Shown here: positions 9,096 to 18,569 of the stretch, in pieces
Numbering within the stretch: position 1 is the stretch's first letter
Layout: each line of letters opens with the position of its first letter
From: Planctomycetaceae bacterium
GTDB lineage: Bacteria > Planctomycetota > Planctomycetia > Planctomycetales > Planctomycetaceae
Length of the DNA stretch: 41,901 nucleotides
Direction of reading: 5' to 3'
Assembly: GCA_020426545.1 (NCBI GenBank)
Contig: JAGQPV010000001.1
Coordinates: 1-41,901 of the forward strand
Notes under the pieces: generated by a model
Seen by the model: the letters and a program-made list of their open reading frames with translations, nothing else
Databases searched by the model: none
What the model was told of the DNA's origin: nothing
Translations under genes and position numbers: made by a program

Positions 9096-9126
9096 AACCG
9101 GGCTCATCCCGCCCTGCCAGCCGGCC

Positions 9127-10446
9127 TTATCTGCTGCCGAGGCAGTACAGCGTCTCCTGCCGTTTTCCGTCCTGCTGCGCCGCCACCCGCATATAAATCC
9201 GGCTGCCACAAATGACGGGCGTGGCGATGGTCTCGTCGCCCAGTGTGTTTTCCGCCAGCTTCTCGGCTCCTGCGGGAGTCGCCCGGAAAACATAAGTGCG
9301 GCCGGCCTCGTTCGTGGCATACACCACATCGCCCACGGGCACGGGCGAAGCACTGAAGGTGCCACCCAGGCGTTCCTTCCACAGTTCCTCTCCCGTCGCC
9401 GCCTTCCAGCAGCAGGCCACTCCCGCGTCGGTCACGCCGTACAGGTGGCCTTCGCGGACGAACATCGACGGCACATACACCCGCGTCTTGTTCTCCCACT
9501 CCACCTTGCCGGAACCATCGGCCACAACAGCCGAGATGTGGTTCTTCGGGTAGCCGCCGCTGGTGAAAATCAGCCGGCCATCGGTCACGGTCGAAGTCAC
9601 GCACTCGGTGGTGGCTCCTTCAGTTTCCCACAGTTTTTCACCCGTCAGCGGGGCAAAGCTGGAAACCAGATTGCAACCTGTCATCAGCAGCTGATCCCGC
9701 CCGCCAATCGGCAGCACAATCGGCGAAGGATAGTTGGGAGTCGACGGACGATCGTTCTTCCAGACGATTTGCCCCGTCTTGCGGTTGAGCCCGGCAACGA
9801 CTCCGCCGCCCTTGTTGTCGGCCGAGACCAGCACCAGCGGGCCATACAGGGCGGGCGACGAACCAAAACCCTGGTGAACCACATAGTCGGTGATTTTCGT
9901 CTGCCACAGCTGCCGGCCTTCCAGGTCGAGGGCCGTGGTATGGACGGCATCCCGGTTCAGAAAGTTCACGAACAGCCGGGTGCCATCGCAGGCCAGGCTG
10001 CCCGAAGCCTGGGTCGATTTCGCATTGCCCTTCTTTGTCAGTCCGCCCTCGAAGATCTGCGTCTTCCACAGCTGCTTGCCCGTTTCACGGTCGTAACACA
10101 ACACCGACTGTGTCTCGGCCTGTTCATCGGCCGTGGCCAGAAACAGCTGGTCCCCCACGACAATCACCGTCCCATGCCCCCGACCGGGCACCGGGCTGCT
10201 CCAGATTACATTCTCCGTCTCGCTCCAGCGAACGGGTGGCTTCTGTTCGGAGTAAGCCATTCCGTTCCGCTGCGGCCCGCGCCACCACGGCCAGTCCAGC
10301 GGAGAGACGGAAATCGGCCCGGGAGAATTCCGCGTGGCCCCGGTGTTCTCGACACGGGTGCCGGGAATCGCCCGCTCTCCTTCACCCGCCAGAGCAACAG
10401 CAGCAGACAGACACAGCAGCGGCAGCAGCAGAACCAGTCGCGGCAT
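9127..10446 (-). CDS. Secreted PQQ-like / BamB-like beta-propeller repeat protein
   Basis: Track ORF 9127..10515. I prefer the ATG at 10446 (MPRLVLLLPLLCLSAAVALAG, a signal peptide). Repeated blades carry W-x-x-x and G-x-V patterns (LWKTQI, LWQTKI, IVWKND, KLWETE, ELWKERL), typical of PQQ-repeat propellers. Confidence 0.85.
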   Translation of the reverse strand: MPRLVLLLPLLCLSAAVALAGEGERAIPGTRVENTGATRNSPGPISVSPLDWPWWRGPQRNGMAYSEQKPPVRWSETENVIWSSPVPGRGHGTVIVVGDQLFLATADEQAETQSVLCYDRETGKQLWKTQIFEGGLTKKGNAKSTQASGSLACDGTRLFVNFLNRDAVHTTALDLEGRQLWQTKITDYVVHQGFGSSPALYGPLVLVSADNKGGGVVAGLNRKTGQIVWKNDRPSTPNYPSPIVLPIGGRDQLLMTGCNLVSSFAPLTGEKLWETEGATTECVTSTVTDGRLIFTSGGYPKNHISAVVADGSGKVEWENKTRVYVPSMFVREGHLYGVTDAGVACCWKAATGEELWKERLGGTFSASPVPVGDVVYATNEAGRTYVFRATPAGAEKLAENTLGDETIATPVICGSRIYMRVAAQQDGKRQETLYCLGSR

Positions 10447-10598
10447 GAAAACGTGCTTTCGATAGAGCCGGGGCGGCCAGGCCCGCGGTCGGAAGACTCC
10501 AGGAATGGACAACATCCCGTCGCCAGTGGCGCGACGGTTCCCTGAAGTCTGGCCTGCCGGGGGACTGCGCTCAAGGCTGCCGGCGGTGGAAGTCCGAA

Positions 10599-12083
10599 TC
10601 AGTCCGCCTGCACCGGGCGGCCGAACGCATCAACTTCCCGCCTGGCGGCTGCCGAAAGAGGTGGCTGCATCTTCGCTTCAATCACGGCCTGCAGGTGGCT
10701 GCGGGCAGCCACCGATTCCGCGTCATCAGCATCCGCCGGCACCGGTTCTTCACGGAACCCCGTGCCGCGAATGTCGTACAGCCCGCCGTCAGAAAACAGT
10801 TTGTACTGGCCATCGAGTGCGAAAATATGCCGCCGGTAAGGTTCCTTGTCCCACCCGGGCCGCGGGTCGTACCAGAAGAAGATCGATTCCCGCGAAGTCC
10901 CGTCCCCGCCCCGCAGCAGATGGGCGAAACTCACGCCGTCAATACCTGGCTGCGGTTGGACCTTTCCACCGGCAATCTCGACCAGCGTCGGCAGGAAGTC
11001 AGTCGAACTGACAAGCTCGCGCGAGACGCCCGGTTTGACGGTGCCTGGCCAGCTGGCAATCAGCGGGACGCGAATTCCGTTCTGTGTCGTCTGGCCTTTC
11101 CCGCCGCGAATCTTCACTCCAGCGGGGGGAACCAGTTCTCCACGGCTGTTGCGAAACCGAGCCTCACTCCCGTCACGAAACCGGCTGGTAATTCGCCGGT
11201 CGGTCCCGTTGTCGGAATAGAACAGAATCAGCGTGTTCTCCCGCTGGCCCAGCCGGTCTATCTCCTTCACCAGCCGCCCGACGAGAAAGTCCATGTACTC
11301 CACCATATCGGGGAAATACTTTGTGCCTTCCTCCAGTCTCCGTTCGGGCTCGCCCCACACAATCGAATGCGGCGTGGGCACCATCGGCCAGTGCGGCAGG
11401 GCCATGGGGTAGTACACGAAGGCCGGCCTGTCACTCGGTTCCTTCAGAAAGTCGATGATGAACTCAAGTGTGAGATCTTCGCCGTACTTCCCGCTGACTT
11501 CCCGATGCAGCTTCCCATCCCGCAGGAAGGTGGGGTTGGCATAGCGGGAGCCCTTGTCCTCCGTCTCCTCCGCATGAAACAGCGAATACGTATCGAAGCC
11601 GGCATCCCGCGGGTGCATGCCCGTGCCCCGCCGCTCTTTCGCTCCGGGGAAATCCGGCGGGTCGTAACTTGTCAGCTGCCACTTCCCCGCCAGGCACGTG
11701 CGATAGCCCAGTTCGCTCATCCGGTGGCCAATGGTCTGTTCGCCCCGCGGCAGAATTCCGAAGGCCTGCCAGTTCCGCTGGTTGCCCCTGCCGGTCATCA
11801 CCTGCAGCCTGGTGGGAGAACACAAGGGCTGGGCATAGGCATGGGTGAACCGCAGCCCGCCCGCCGCCAGCCGGTCAAGTTCGGGCGTCTTGTAGTCCAG
11901 CCCGCCATAACAGCCCAGCCCCTCAATGCCGATGTCATCGGCCATGATCAGCACGATATTCGGTCGGGCCCTGGCCTCGGCAGCCACGGTGTAGCCCGCC
12001 TGCAGTGCAACGACCAGCGCGACCACAGCAACCAGCTGACGCAGCAGTCTGAGAATCGCGAGACGGGGGCAGCAGTCAGACAT
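10599..12083 (-). CDS. Sulfatase (arylsulfatase A family, Cys-type formylglycine site)
   Basis: Track ORF 10599..12290. I prefer the ATG at 12083 (MSDCCPRLAILRLL..., a signal/TM). NIVLIMADDIG, the CSPTR motif in PLCSPTRLQVMTGR, and later YSDNGT are sulfatase hallmarks. Confidence 0.9.
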   Translation of the reverse strand: MSDCCPRLAILRLLRQLVAVVALVVALQAGYTVAAEARARPNIVLIMADDIGIEGLGCYGGLDYKTPELDRLAAGGLRFTHAYAQPLCSPTRLQVMTGRGNQRNWQAFGILPRGEQTIGHRMSELGYRTCLAGKWQLTSYDPPDFPGAKERRGTGMHPRDAGFDTYSLFHAEETEDKGSRYANPTFLRDGKLHREVSGKYGEDLTLEFIIDFLKEPSDRPAFVYYPMALPHWPMVPTPHSIVWGEPERRLEEGTKYFPDMVEYMDFLVGRLVKEIDRLGQRENTLILFYSDNGTDRRITSRFRDGSEARFRNSRGELVPPAGVKIRGGKGQTTQNGIRVPLIASWPGTVKPGVSRELVSSTDFLPTLVEIAGGKVQPQPGIDGVSFAHLLRGGDGTSRESIFFWYDPRPGWDKEPYRRHIFALDGQYKLFSDGGLYDIRGTGFREEPVPADADDAESVAARSHLQAVIEAKMQPPLSAAARREVDAFGRPVQAD

Positions 12084-12289
12084 GGGATTCTCCGGGAGCG
12101 ACGGAACATTGAAGTGCCTGCGAGTATCAGCTGTATGGTGGCCGGGATCAAGAAGTCCACAGAGATCGGGACCGGCAGGCATTCGCCCCCGCTTGTAGCC
12201 GCCCGCCCGATAGCGGACACTTGTGAACATGAACTGCGACTGCTGGTACGTGTCGGTTTGCTCGCCGGGCGGCGGGCTGGAGATCTGCA

Positions 12290-14791
12290 ATGGCTTTACG
12301 GTGCAGACAGTTCGGCTGGTACGCTGCGCTCAGCTGCGGGCTGATCACTTTTGCGGCATACTCCGCACCTCCCGCATCTCTGCTGGCAAAGGCCGCGCAG
12401 GCTGATGCAGCTCAGTCAGAGGCAGCTCGGCCAGCTGCCGCGCAGAAGACCGAGGCCGGGCAGTTTGAGGCTCAATACCGACCGCTCATCGCTAGCTACT
12501 GCACCAGTTGTCACAGTGGCGAGAAGCCGGGGGGCGATCTGCGGCTCGACAGTCTTTCCCTCGAGCTGACGGATGCGGCAAACCGCCAGCAGTGGGGCGA
12601 GGTCGCCCGCCGGCTGGAGAACGGCCAGATGCCACCCGCGGGAAAACCACGTCCCGCGAAAGAGCAGATCGAGGCGTTTGTGAACTGGCTTGCCCCCCGG
12701 CTGCGGGTTGCCGATGCCGCTGCGCGGGACGTCGAGGGCAGGGTGGTGCTCCGGCGGCTGAACCGCGTGGAGTACGAGAACACCATCTGCGATCTGCTGG
12801 GGGTAGAAGTCGAGCTGAAGGACCAGCTGCCGGCTGACGGGTCGGCCGATGGTTTTGACAACGCGGCGGCGGCGCATCACACCTCGGCCTTCCTGATGGA
12901 GAAATATCTGGAAGCGGCCGATACGGCACTGAATGCCGCGATCGCCAACCGCCCGCAGCCACCGCCGTCGAAAACCACCCGCTACAGCATCAAAGACGTG
13001 CACCCGGTGAAGACCACCACGGAGGACGTGTATCGTTTTCGGGAGGATGGCGAAGTCGTCTGCTTCTGCTCGTCGGAATGGCACAACGTGTGGGTTTCGC
13101 CGTTCTATCCGCGTGAAGCGGGACGTTACCGGTTCCGCATATCGGCTTCCGCCTTCCAGAGCGAGGGCCAGCCGGTCGTGTTCCGTGTGACGGAAACCGG
13201 AACTCCGCTGACGGGGCTGGAGGGTCTCGTCAGTTACTGCGATGCTCTGCCCGACAAGCCCACTGTGTTTGAGTTCGTGCGGCACATGCAGCCGAAGACC
13301 ACGATTGCCATACTGCCTTACGGACTGGCCGGAGCCAACACCGTCAAGCAGACGGGGGGCGAGAAATGGGAAGGCCCCGGACTGGCAATTCAGTGGGTGG
13401 AAGTCGAAGGACCGCTGAACGAAGCCTGGCCACCGGACAGCCACCGCCGCCTGTTCGGCGATCTTCAGCAGCAGACATTCGGCATCTTTAATTTCCGCGA
13501 CCGCGTCGAAGTCGTTTCCGGCCAGCCGCTGGTCGATGCCCGGGAGATCCTCGCAAAGTTCACCCGCCGGGCCTTCCGCCGCAGCGTCACGGAAGAGGAT
13601 GTCGAGCCGTACCTGGGCATTGTGCAGGCGAAACTGGGTGAAGGCTACACCTTCGAAAACGCGATGCGGGCGGCGCTGAAGGGCGTGCTGATTTCGCCCG
13701 AGTTTCTGTTTCTGCGGGAACTGCCCGGCCGGCTGGATGACTTCGCCCTGGCCAGCCGGCTGTCGTACTTCCTGTGGAGCACCATGCCGGATGAAGAACT
13801 GTTCGCACTGGCCGAACAGCAGAAGCTGAGCCAGCCCGGGGAACTGCGGCGGCAGGTCGAGCGGATGCTGTCCGATCCGAAATCGGCGGCCTTTACAGAG
13901 AGTTTCGTCGGCCAGTGGCTGGGAGTGCGGGACATCGACACCACCGAGCCGAGCCACCTCCTGTACCCGGAGTTTGACCATCTGCTGAAGGTGTCGATGA
14001 TTCGCGAGACCGAGCTGTTCTTCGAGGAAGTGCTGCGGAACGACCTGAGCCTGACGAACTTCGTGGATTCCGACTTTCTGATACTCAATGGCCGGCTGGC
14101 GAAGCATTACGGCATTCCGGGCATTACCGGCTGGGAACTGAAACGCACGCCGGTGCCGCCGGAGAGTCATCGCGGCGGCGTGCTGACCATGGCCAGCGTG
14201 CTGAAGGTGACCGCCAACGGCACGACGACCTCACCCGTGATGCGGGGTGCCTGGGTGCTGGACCGCATTCTCGGTATGCCCGCTCCGCCACCACCCGACA
14301 ATGTGGGGGCGATTGACCCGGATATTCGCGGGGCCACCACCATTCGCGAGCAGCTGGCAAAGCATCGGTCGGTCGAGTCCTGTGCGGTGTGCCACGTTCA
14401 CATCGATCCTCCCGGCTTTGCGCTGGAGAGCTTCGACTGCATTGGCGGGTGGCGGGACCGCTACCGGGTGACCGGCAGTGGCGACTCGGTGGTGGTCGAG
14501 GGCCGGCGGATGCCGTATCACCTCGGCAAACCGGTTGACCCCTCCGACGTGATGCCCGATGGCGAACGGTTCGCGGATATCGACGAGTTCCGAAAGCTGC
14601 TGCTGCGGGACAAGCCGCAGCTGGCACGGGCGCTCACATCCAAACTGCTGGCCTATGCCACCGGGCGGGCACCGGGATTATCCGACCGCGAAGCCGTGGA
14701 TGAGATCGTGCAGCGGATCAGTCAGAAGAACTATGGACTGCGTTCGCTGATTCACGAGATAGTGCAGAGCGAAATGTTTCAGACGAAGTAA
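12290..14791 (+). CDS. DUF1592/DUF1588/DUF1587/DUF1585-type multi-domain protein with an N-terminal planctomycete cytochrome-c-like CxxCH
   Basis: 833 aa with a signal peptide. CTSCHSGEKPGGDLRLD lies near the N-terminus and CAVCH near the C-terminus. The gene sits directly upstream of a DUF1552 gene, which is the canonical planctomycete pairing. Confidence 0.85.
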   Translation: MALRCRQFGWYAALSCGLITFAAYSAPPASLLAKAAQADAAQSEAARPAAAQKTEAGQFEAQYRPLIASYCTSCHSGEKPGGDLRLDSLSLELTDAANRQQWGEVARRLENGQMPPAGKPRPAKEQIEAFVNWLAPRLRVADAAARDVEGRVVLRRLNRVEYENTICDLLGVEVELKDQLPADGSADGFDNAAAAHHTSAFLMEKYLEAADTALNAAIANRPQPPPSKTTRYSIKDVHPVKTTTEDVYRFREDGEVVCFCSSEWHNVWVSPFYPREAGRYRFRISASAFQSEGQPVVFRVTETGTPLTGLEGLVSYCDALPDKPTVFEFVRHMQPKTTIAILPYGLAGANTVKQTGGEKWEGPGLAIQWVEVEGPLNEAWPPDSHRRLFGDLQQQTFGIFNFRDRVEVVSGQPLVDAREILAKFTRRAFRRSVTEEDVEPYLGIVQAKLGEGYTFENAMRAALKGVLISPEFLFLRELPGRLDDFALASRLSYFLWSTMPDEELFALAEQQKLSQPGELRRQVERMLSDPKSAAFTESFVGQWLGVRDIDTTEPSHLLYPEFDHLLKVSMIRETELFFEEVLRNDLSLTNFVDSDFLILNGRLAKHYGIPGITGWELKRTPVPPESHRGGVLTMASVLKVTANGTTTSPVMRGAWVLDRILGMPAPPPPDNVGAIDPDIRGATTIREQLAKHRSVESCAVCHVHIDPPGFALESFDCIGGWRDRYRVTGSGDSVVVEGRRMPYHLGKPVDPSDVMPDGERFADIDEFRKLLLRDKPQLARALTSKLLAYATGRAPGLSDREAVDEIVQRISQKNYGLRSLIHEIVQSEMFQTK

Positions 14792-14881
14792 TGCAACTAA
14801 GTGGTAAACGACGCGGCGGTCGCAAAGCCTGACCGTGCTCTCTGTTCTGCTGTGGCAGCATTCCATCGACGGGATTTTCCG

Positions 14882-16213
14882 ATGACACGCCAACCTGCTC
14901 GCCCCGCCCGAACCGTGCGCGGCCAAACCGTGCCGGCCCACCGGCTGCCCCGTCGCACATTCCTGCGGGCTGCCGGCGTGGCCCTGGCTCTGCCCGCGCT
15001 GGATGCCATGGCTCCCCGCCTGGCCCGGGGTGCGGCCGGGGCGGCCGAGGGCATTCCCCGCCGGATGGTGTGCATCAACACACCCCTGGGTCTGCATCCG
15101 CCGCACTTCTTCCCCGAGGCGGCCGGCCGGGATTTCGAGCTGTCTCCGTACCTCGAAGTCCTTAAGGAATTTCGCGACGACTTCACCGTGATTTCCGGGC
15201 TGTCGCACCCGGATGTCGGCCCCAGTCACGACAGCAACCAGAGCTTTCTGACTGCGGCCCCGCACCCGGAGCAGCGGGCCGGCTTCCGCAACAGCATCTC
15301 GCTGGATCAGTTCGCCGCCGAGCAGATTTACGGGCAGACCCGGTTCCCCACCTTACCGCTGTCCTGCGAAGGTCTGAGCCTGTCGTGGACCAGAAGCGGC
15401 GCCCCTGTGCCGGCGGAGTGCTGGCCGTCGAGCGTGTTTTCGCAGCTGTTTCTGGAAGGCCGACCCGACGAGGTGCAGGCCCAGGCCCGCCGTGTGGCCG
15501 ACGGACAGAGCATTCTGGACGCCGTCCGCGGGCAGGCGAAAAAGCTCCAGCAGTCGCTGGGTGCGGGCGACCGCGGGAAGCTTGACGAATACTTTACCAG
15601 CGTCCGCGAGCTGGAGGGCCGGCTGGCCCAGGCCGCCATCTGGGCGAAGAAGCCAAAGCCGAAGGTCGATGTCGAGCCGCCGGTCAACATCCGCAACAGT
15701 GCGGATCTCATCGGCAAGACACGGCTGTGGTTCGACCTGATTCATCTGGCCCTTGAGACCGACTCCACCCGGCTGGTCACTTTGCAGCTGCTGGGCACCA
15801 GCAGTGTGCCGCCCGTGCCGGGCGTCAGCCAGGGGCACCATGATCTGTCGCATCATGGCCAGGATCCGACAAAAATCGCCCAGCTGAAGGCCCTGGAAAT
15901 CGAGAAGATGAAGACCCTTCGCGACTTCCTCAACCAGCTGAAATCCACTTCCGAGGACGGCGAAACGCTGCTCGACCGCACGACGGTGTTCTTCAGCAGC
16001 AACCTGGGTGATGCGGGGAAGCACAGCGTGAAGAACATGCCCGTGCTGCTGGCCGGGGGCGGGTTCCGGCATGGCCAGCACCTGGCCTTCGATGAAGACA
16101 GGCACCCGCCGCTGTGCAACCTGTATGTGAGCATGCTGCAGCGGATGGGCATTGAAGCCGACCGGTTCGGCAGCAGCACAGGCACGCTGACGGGCCTGGA
16201 GCTGCGAGGTTGA
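14882..16213 (+). CDS. DUF1552 domain protein with a twin-arginine (Tat) signal
   Basis: Track ORF 14801..16213. I prefer the ATG at 14882 (MTRQ...RLPRRTFLRAAGVALALPALDAMA). The text SGLSHP...HDLSHHG...MPVLLAGGGFRHG is typical of DUF1552. Confidence 0.85.
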   Translation: MTRQPARPARTVRGQTVPAHRLPRRTFLRAAGVALALPALDAMAPRLARGAAGAAEGIPRRMVCINTPLGLHPPHFFPEAAGRDFELSPYLEVLKEFRDDFTVISGLSHPDVGPSHDSNQSFLTAAPHPEQRAGFRNSISLDQFAAEQIYGQTRFPTLPLSCEGLSLSWTRSGAPVPAECWPSSVFSQLFLEGRPDEVQAQARRVADGQSILDAVRGQAKKLQQSLGAGDRGKLDEYFTSVRELEGRLAQAAIWAKKPKPKVDVEPPVNIRNSADLIGKTRLWFDLIHLALETDSTRLVTLQLLGTSSVPPVPGVSQGHHDLSHHGQDPTKIAQLKALEIEKMKTLRDFLNQLKSTSEDGETLLDRTTVFFSSNLGDAGKHSVKNMPVLLAGGGFRHGQHLAFDEDRHPPLCNLYVSMLQRMGIEADRFGSSTGTLTGLELRG

Positions 16214-16400
16214 CCGGGCCATCAGTGCCGCGCCAAAGGTCCGGCAATTGCTCGGCCGCATCGCCTGGGTGAACCTGCTGAAGCCGGCACGCAGCGAAAA
16301 GCTGCGGCAACTGTTCGACCGGATCGAATGGAAGGCCGCGGCGGAGCAACAGCCTCTGACGATAACCGGTTGGGGTCGTCAAACGTCTCGCCCCGGGGAA

Positions 16401-17624
16401 CTACTCCTTCGGCAGCTCCCAGACTCTGCTGCCGGTGGCCAGCAGCTTTCCGTCGGCTGAGTAGCTCGTACTGGCAGACAGTGGCATACCGTCGGCATCG
16501 AAGGTGAAGCGAATTCTGCCGTCGCTGCTATTACGAATCTGAACGGCACGCCGGTCTTCTGTGCTGCCTTCTTTACGGGGCAGTTCGCCCGTGATGGCTA
16601 CCGTGCTGCCATCGGGAGAGTACGCGATGCTGTAGATTCTGATCAGGGGCGTTTCGATCTTCCAGACGACATCTGCGGTGGAAGTATCGAACAGCACAGC
16701 CATGCTCCGGTCTTCGCCGCGAATTTCCTCGTCGCAGGCCCCCAGCAGAAACTGCCCGTCCGGAGAGTACCGCACCAGATCCAGCGATTCCATATCGCCG
16801 AACGCAACGGCCTGCTTCGTTTCGCCAGTCATCGCATCGCAGAAGACCAGTTGATCTGCCTGCATGGCGGCCAGTGTGCCATCCGCCGGGCTGAAGTCGG
16901 CTGGTTTCACATCCCGCCAGCTGGCCGTCCATTTCCAGAGCACCTTTCCCGTGCGGGCCTCCCACACAAAGCTTTCGTAGGTGCCCCCTTCGCCCGAGGT
17001 CATCAGACCGCCATCGGGCGAAACAGCAAACGTGGCCGGAATACGAAACATACCTCCCAGAGAACCTTCCACGGGCGGATGCGCGAACTGCTGGACGCAC
17101 TCCCCGGTGGCAGTGTCCCACACGGTAATTCCTCCATCGTAATGCGCCGCTGCCAGAATGCTGCCATCGCGGGACAGCCGCAGATGCTCAAGATCCGCGA
17201 GGTCCGGCAGTTCCCATGTACCGGTCCGCTCCCAGGTGGCAACATCATAAACTCCGATGTTTTCGTACGCCGCATAGGCCCGCGTCCCGTCCGGTGCAAA
17301 CAGCAGATGATCTTCTTCCACCCTGCCGACGCGCTGCACCTCGACGAACTGCGGAGCTTCGATCGGGGAAAGGCCCTCGAACGGCATGAATTCACCACCG
17401 CTGGCGTCCGCCGTGGCGGGGGATTCGGGTGTGTCGCTGAAGGTCGATTCCTCAAAATCATCGGCAGCGGCAGCCGGCAGTTTCTCCCTCTGGTATTCTT
17501 CGGTTTCAACTTCAACCGCGGGCGATGGCGCGGAACTGCCGCACCCCGCAGGAAGCAGCAGCAGAACGACGGGGAACAGCAGTCGGAGACAGGTGGCAGC
17601 ACGGGTTCGAGCAAACTCAATCAT
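16401..17624 (-). CDS. WD40/TolB-like beta-propeller lipoprotein
   Basis: Track ORF 16401..18047. I prefer the ATG at 17624 (MIEFARTRAATCLRLLFPVVLLLLPAGC), which carries a lipobox L-P-A-G-C. SPDG-type blade motifs recur (FAPDGT, LSRDGS, VSPDGG, YSPDGQ, YSPDGS, YSADGK). Confidence 0.85.
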   Translation of the reverse strand: MIEFARTRAATCLRLLFPVVLLLLPAGCGSSAPSPAVEVETEEYQREKLPAAAADDFEESTFSDTPESPATADASGGEFMPFEGLSPIEAPQFVEVQRVGRVEEDHLLFAPDGTRAYAAYENIGVYDVATWERTGTWELPDLADLEHLRLSRDGSILAAAHYDGGITVWDTATGECVQQFAHPPVEGSLGGMFRIPATFAVSPDGGLMTSGEGGTYESFVWEARTGKVLWKWTASWRDVKPADFSPADGTLAAMQADQLVFCDAMTGETKQAVAFGDMESLDLVRYSPDGQFLLGACDEEIRGEDRSMAVLFDTSTADVVWKIETPLIRIYSIAYSPDGSTVAITGELPRKEGSTEDRRAVQIRNSSDGRIRFTFDADGMPLSASTSYSADGKLLATGSRVWELPKE

Positions 17625-17898
17625 GGCCGAATTCTCCCGGAAAGGGATGTGAGATGAGTACGTTATGATGGCTTTCGCCCCTGTGGAATTCCAGCTGTGT
17701 CTGTCCAAGTTCCCCGTCCGGGGCGGATCATCCCCCAATCGATAGACGCAGGGCAATCCGGCGGCTAACGTGAACGGTGGAACTGGAACCGGTCTGTCAG
17801 GCCGGTGGCGTGCCTGGCATCTGCTTTGTGAGCAGCTGAGCCCTCGCCACCCGCGAAGCCACGTTTCGGCTGTTGTCTGAAAATCAGGGAGAATCCCA

Positions 17899-18480
17899 AT
17901 GCTGCGGAATTCGTTCGATCGTTCTGCCCTGCCGACTGCGATGCTGCGGAACCTGTGCGCGGCCGGCGTCGCCCTCGGCTGTCTGCTGCTGCCGGGCACA
18001 GCCTCAGCTGCGGATGATGCGGCGGCGAAGAAAACGGAAGCGGCCAAACCTGCTGAGGAATCTGCCGAACTGACTCCCGAGCAGCTGGCATTTCAGAAGA
18101 AGATGGTCAACGTGGCGCTGGTGGGCACGTTTTCGGTCGATGGCCGCGAAGGCCAGCCACCCAAACCGGAACGCTATGAAATCGAGAAGGTCACCCATCA
18201 GCAGGGAGACTACTGGACGTTCTTTGCCCGCATCAGCTACGGCAAGAATGACATCACCGTGCCGGTCACCGTCAAGCTGCTGTGGTCGGGCGATACCCCC
18301 ATGGTCTCGCTGATCGATCTGACGATTCCCGGCCTGGGCACGTTCACCTCGCGGGTGCTGTTCCATGAGGACCGCTACGCCGGCACCTGGCAGCACGGGA
18401 AAGTCGGCGGGCACATGTGGGGCCGGATTGAACCCATTACCACCGGGCCGAAAACCGAAAAGCCCGCACCGAATCCCTGA
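17899..18480 (+). CDS. Secreted hypothetical protein
   Basis: 193 aa. GGGAGAA lies upstream of the ATG. Signal peptide is LCAAGVALGCLLLPGTASAADD. I recognise no family. Confidence 0.7.
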   Translation: MLRNSFDRSALPTAMLRNLCAAGVALGCLLLPGTASAADDAAAKKTEAAKPAEESAELTPEQLAFQKKMVNVALVGTFSVDGREGQPPKPERYEIEKVTHQQGDYWTFFARISYGKNDITVPVTVKLLWSGDTPMVSLIDLTIPGLGTFTSRVLFHEDRYAGTWQHGKVGGHMWGRIEPITTGPKTEKPAPNP

Positions 18481-18569
18481 TGGCGGCAGGTTGCGCAGGC
18501 ACGGAACCAGCTGTTCCGGCCTGCCTGAGTGAATCCAGACAGAACTCGATTTGACAGCAGGGGCGGACG

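Noticed and set aside
8372-9126. Possible RNase P RNA, tmRNA, SRP RNA or a known riboswitch in the non-coding island.
   Set aside because: Some strings are superficially similar. GGGCAGATTGCCAGGT resembles the RNase P GGGCAGGGTGCCAGGT, and GGGCTGATTCCATTGATTC resembles a tmRNA 5' end. However, the diagnostic elements are absent or not complementary: the P4 GAGGAAAGTCCGGGC / ACAGAACCCGGCTTA pairing, the tRNA-like T-arm plus CCA end, and the SRP GGAA tetraloop helix. I could not match c-di-GMP, TPP, ykkC or fluoride riboswitch cores either.
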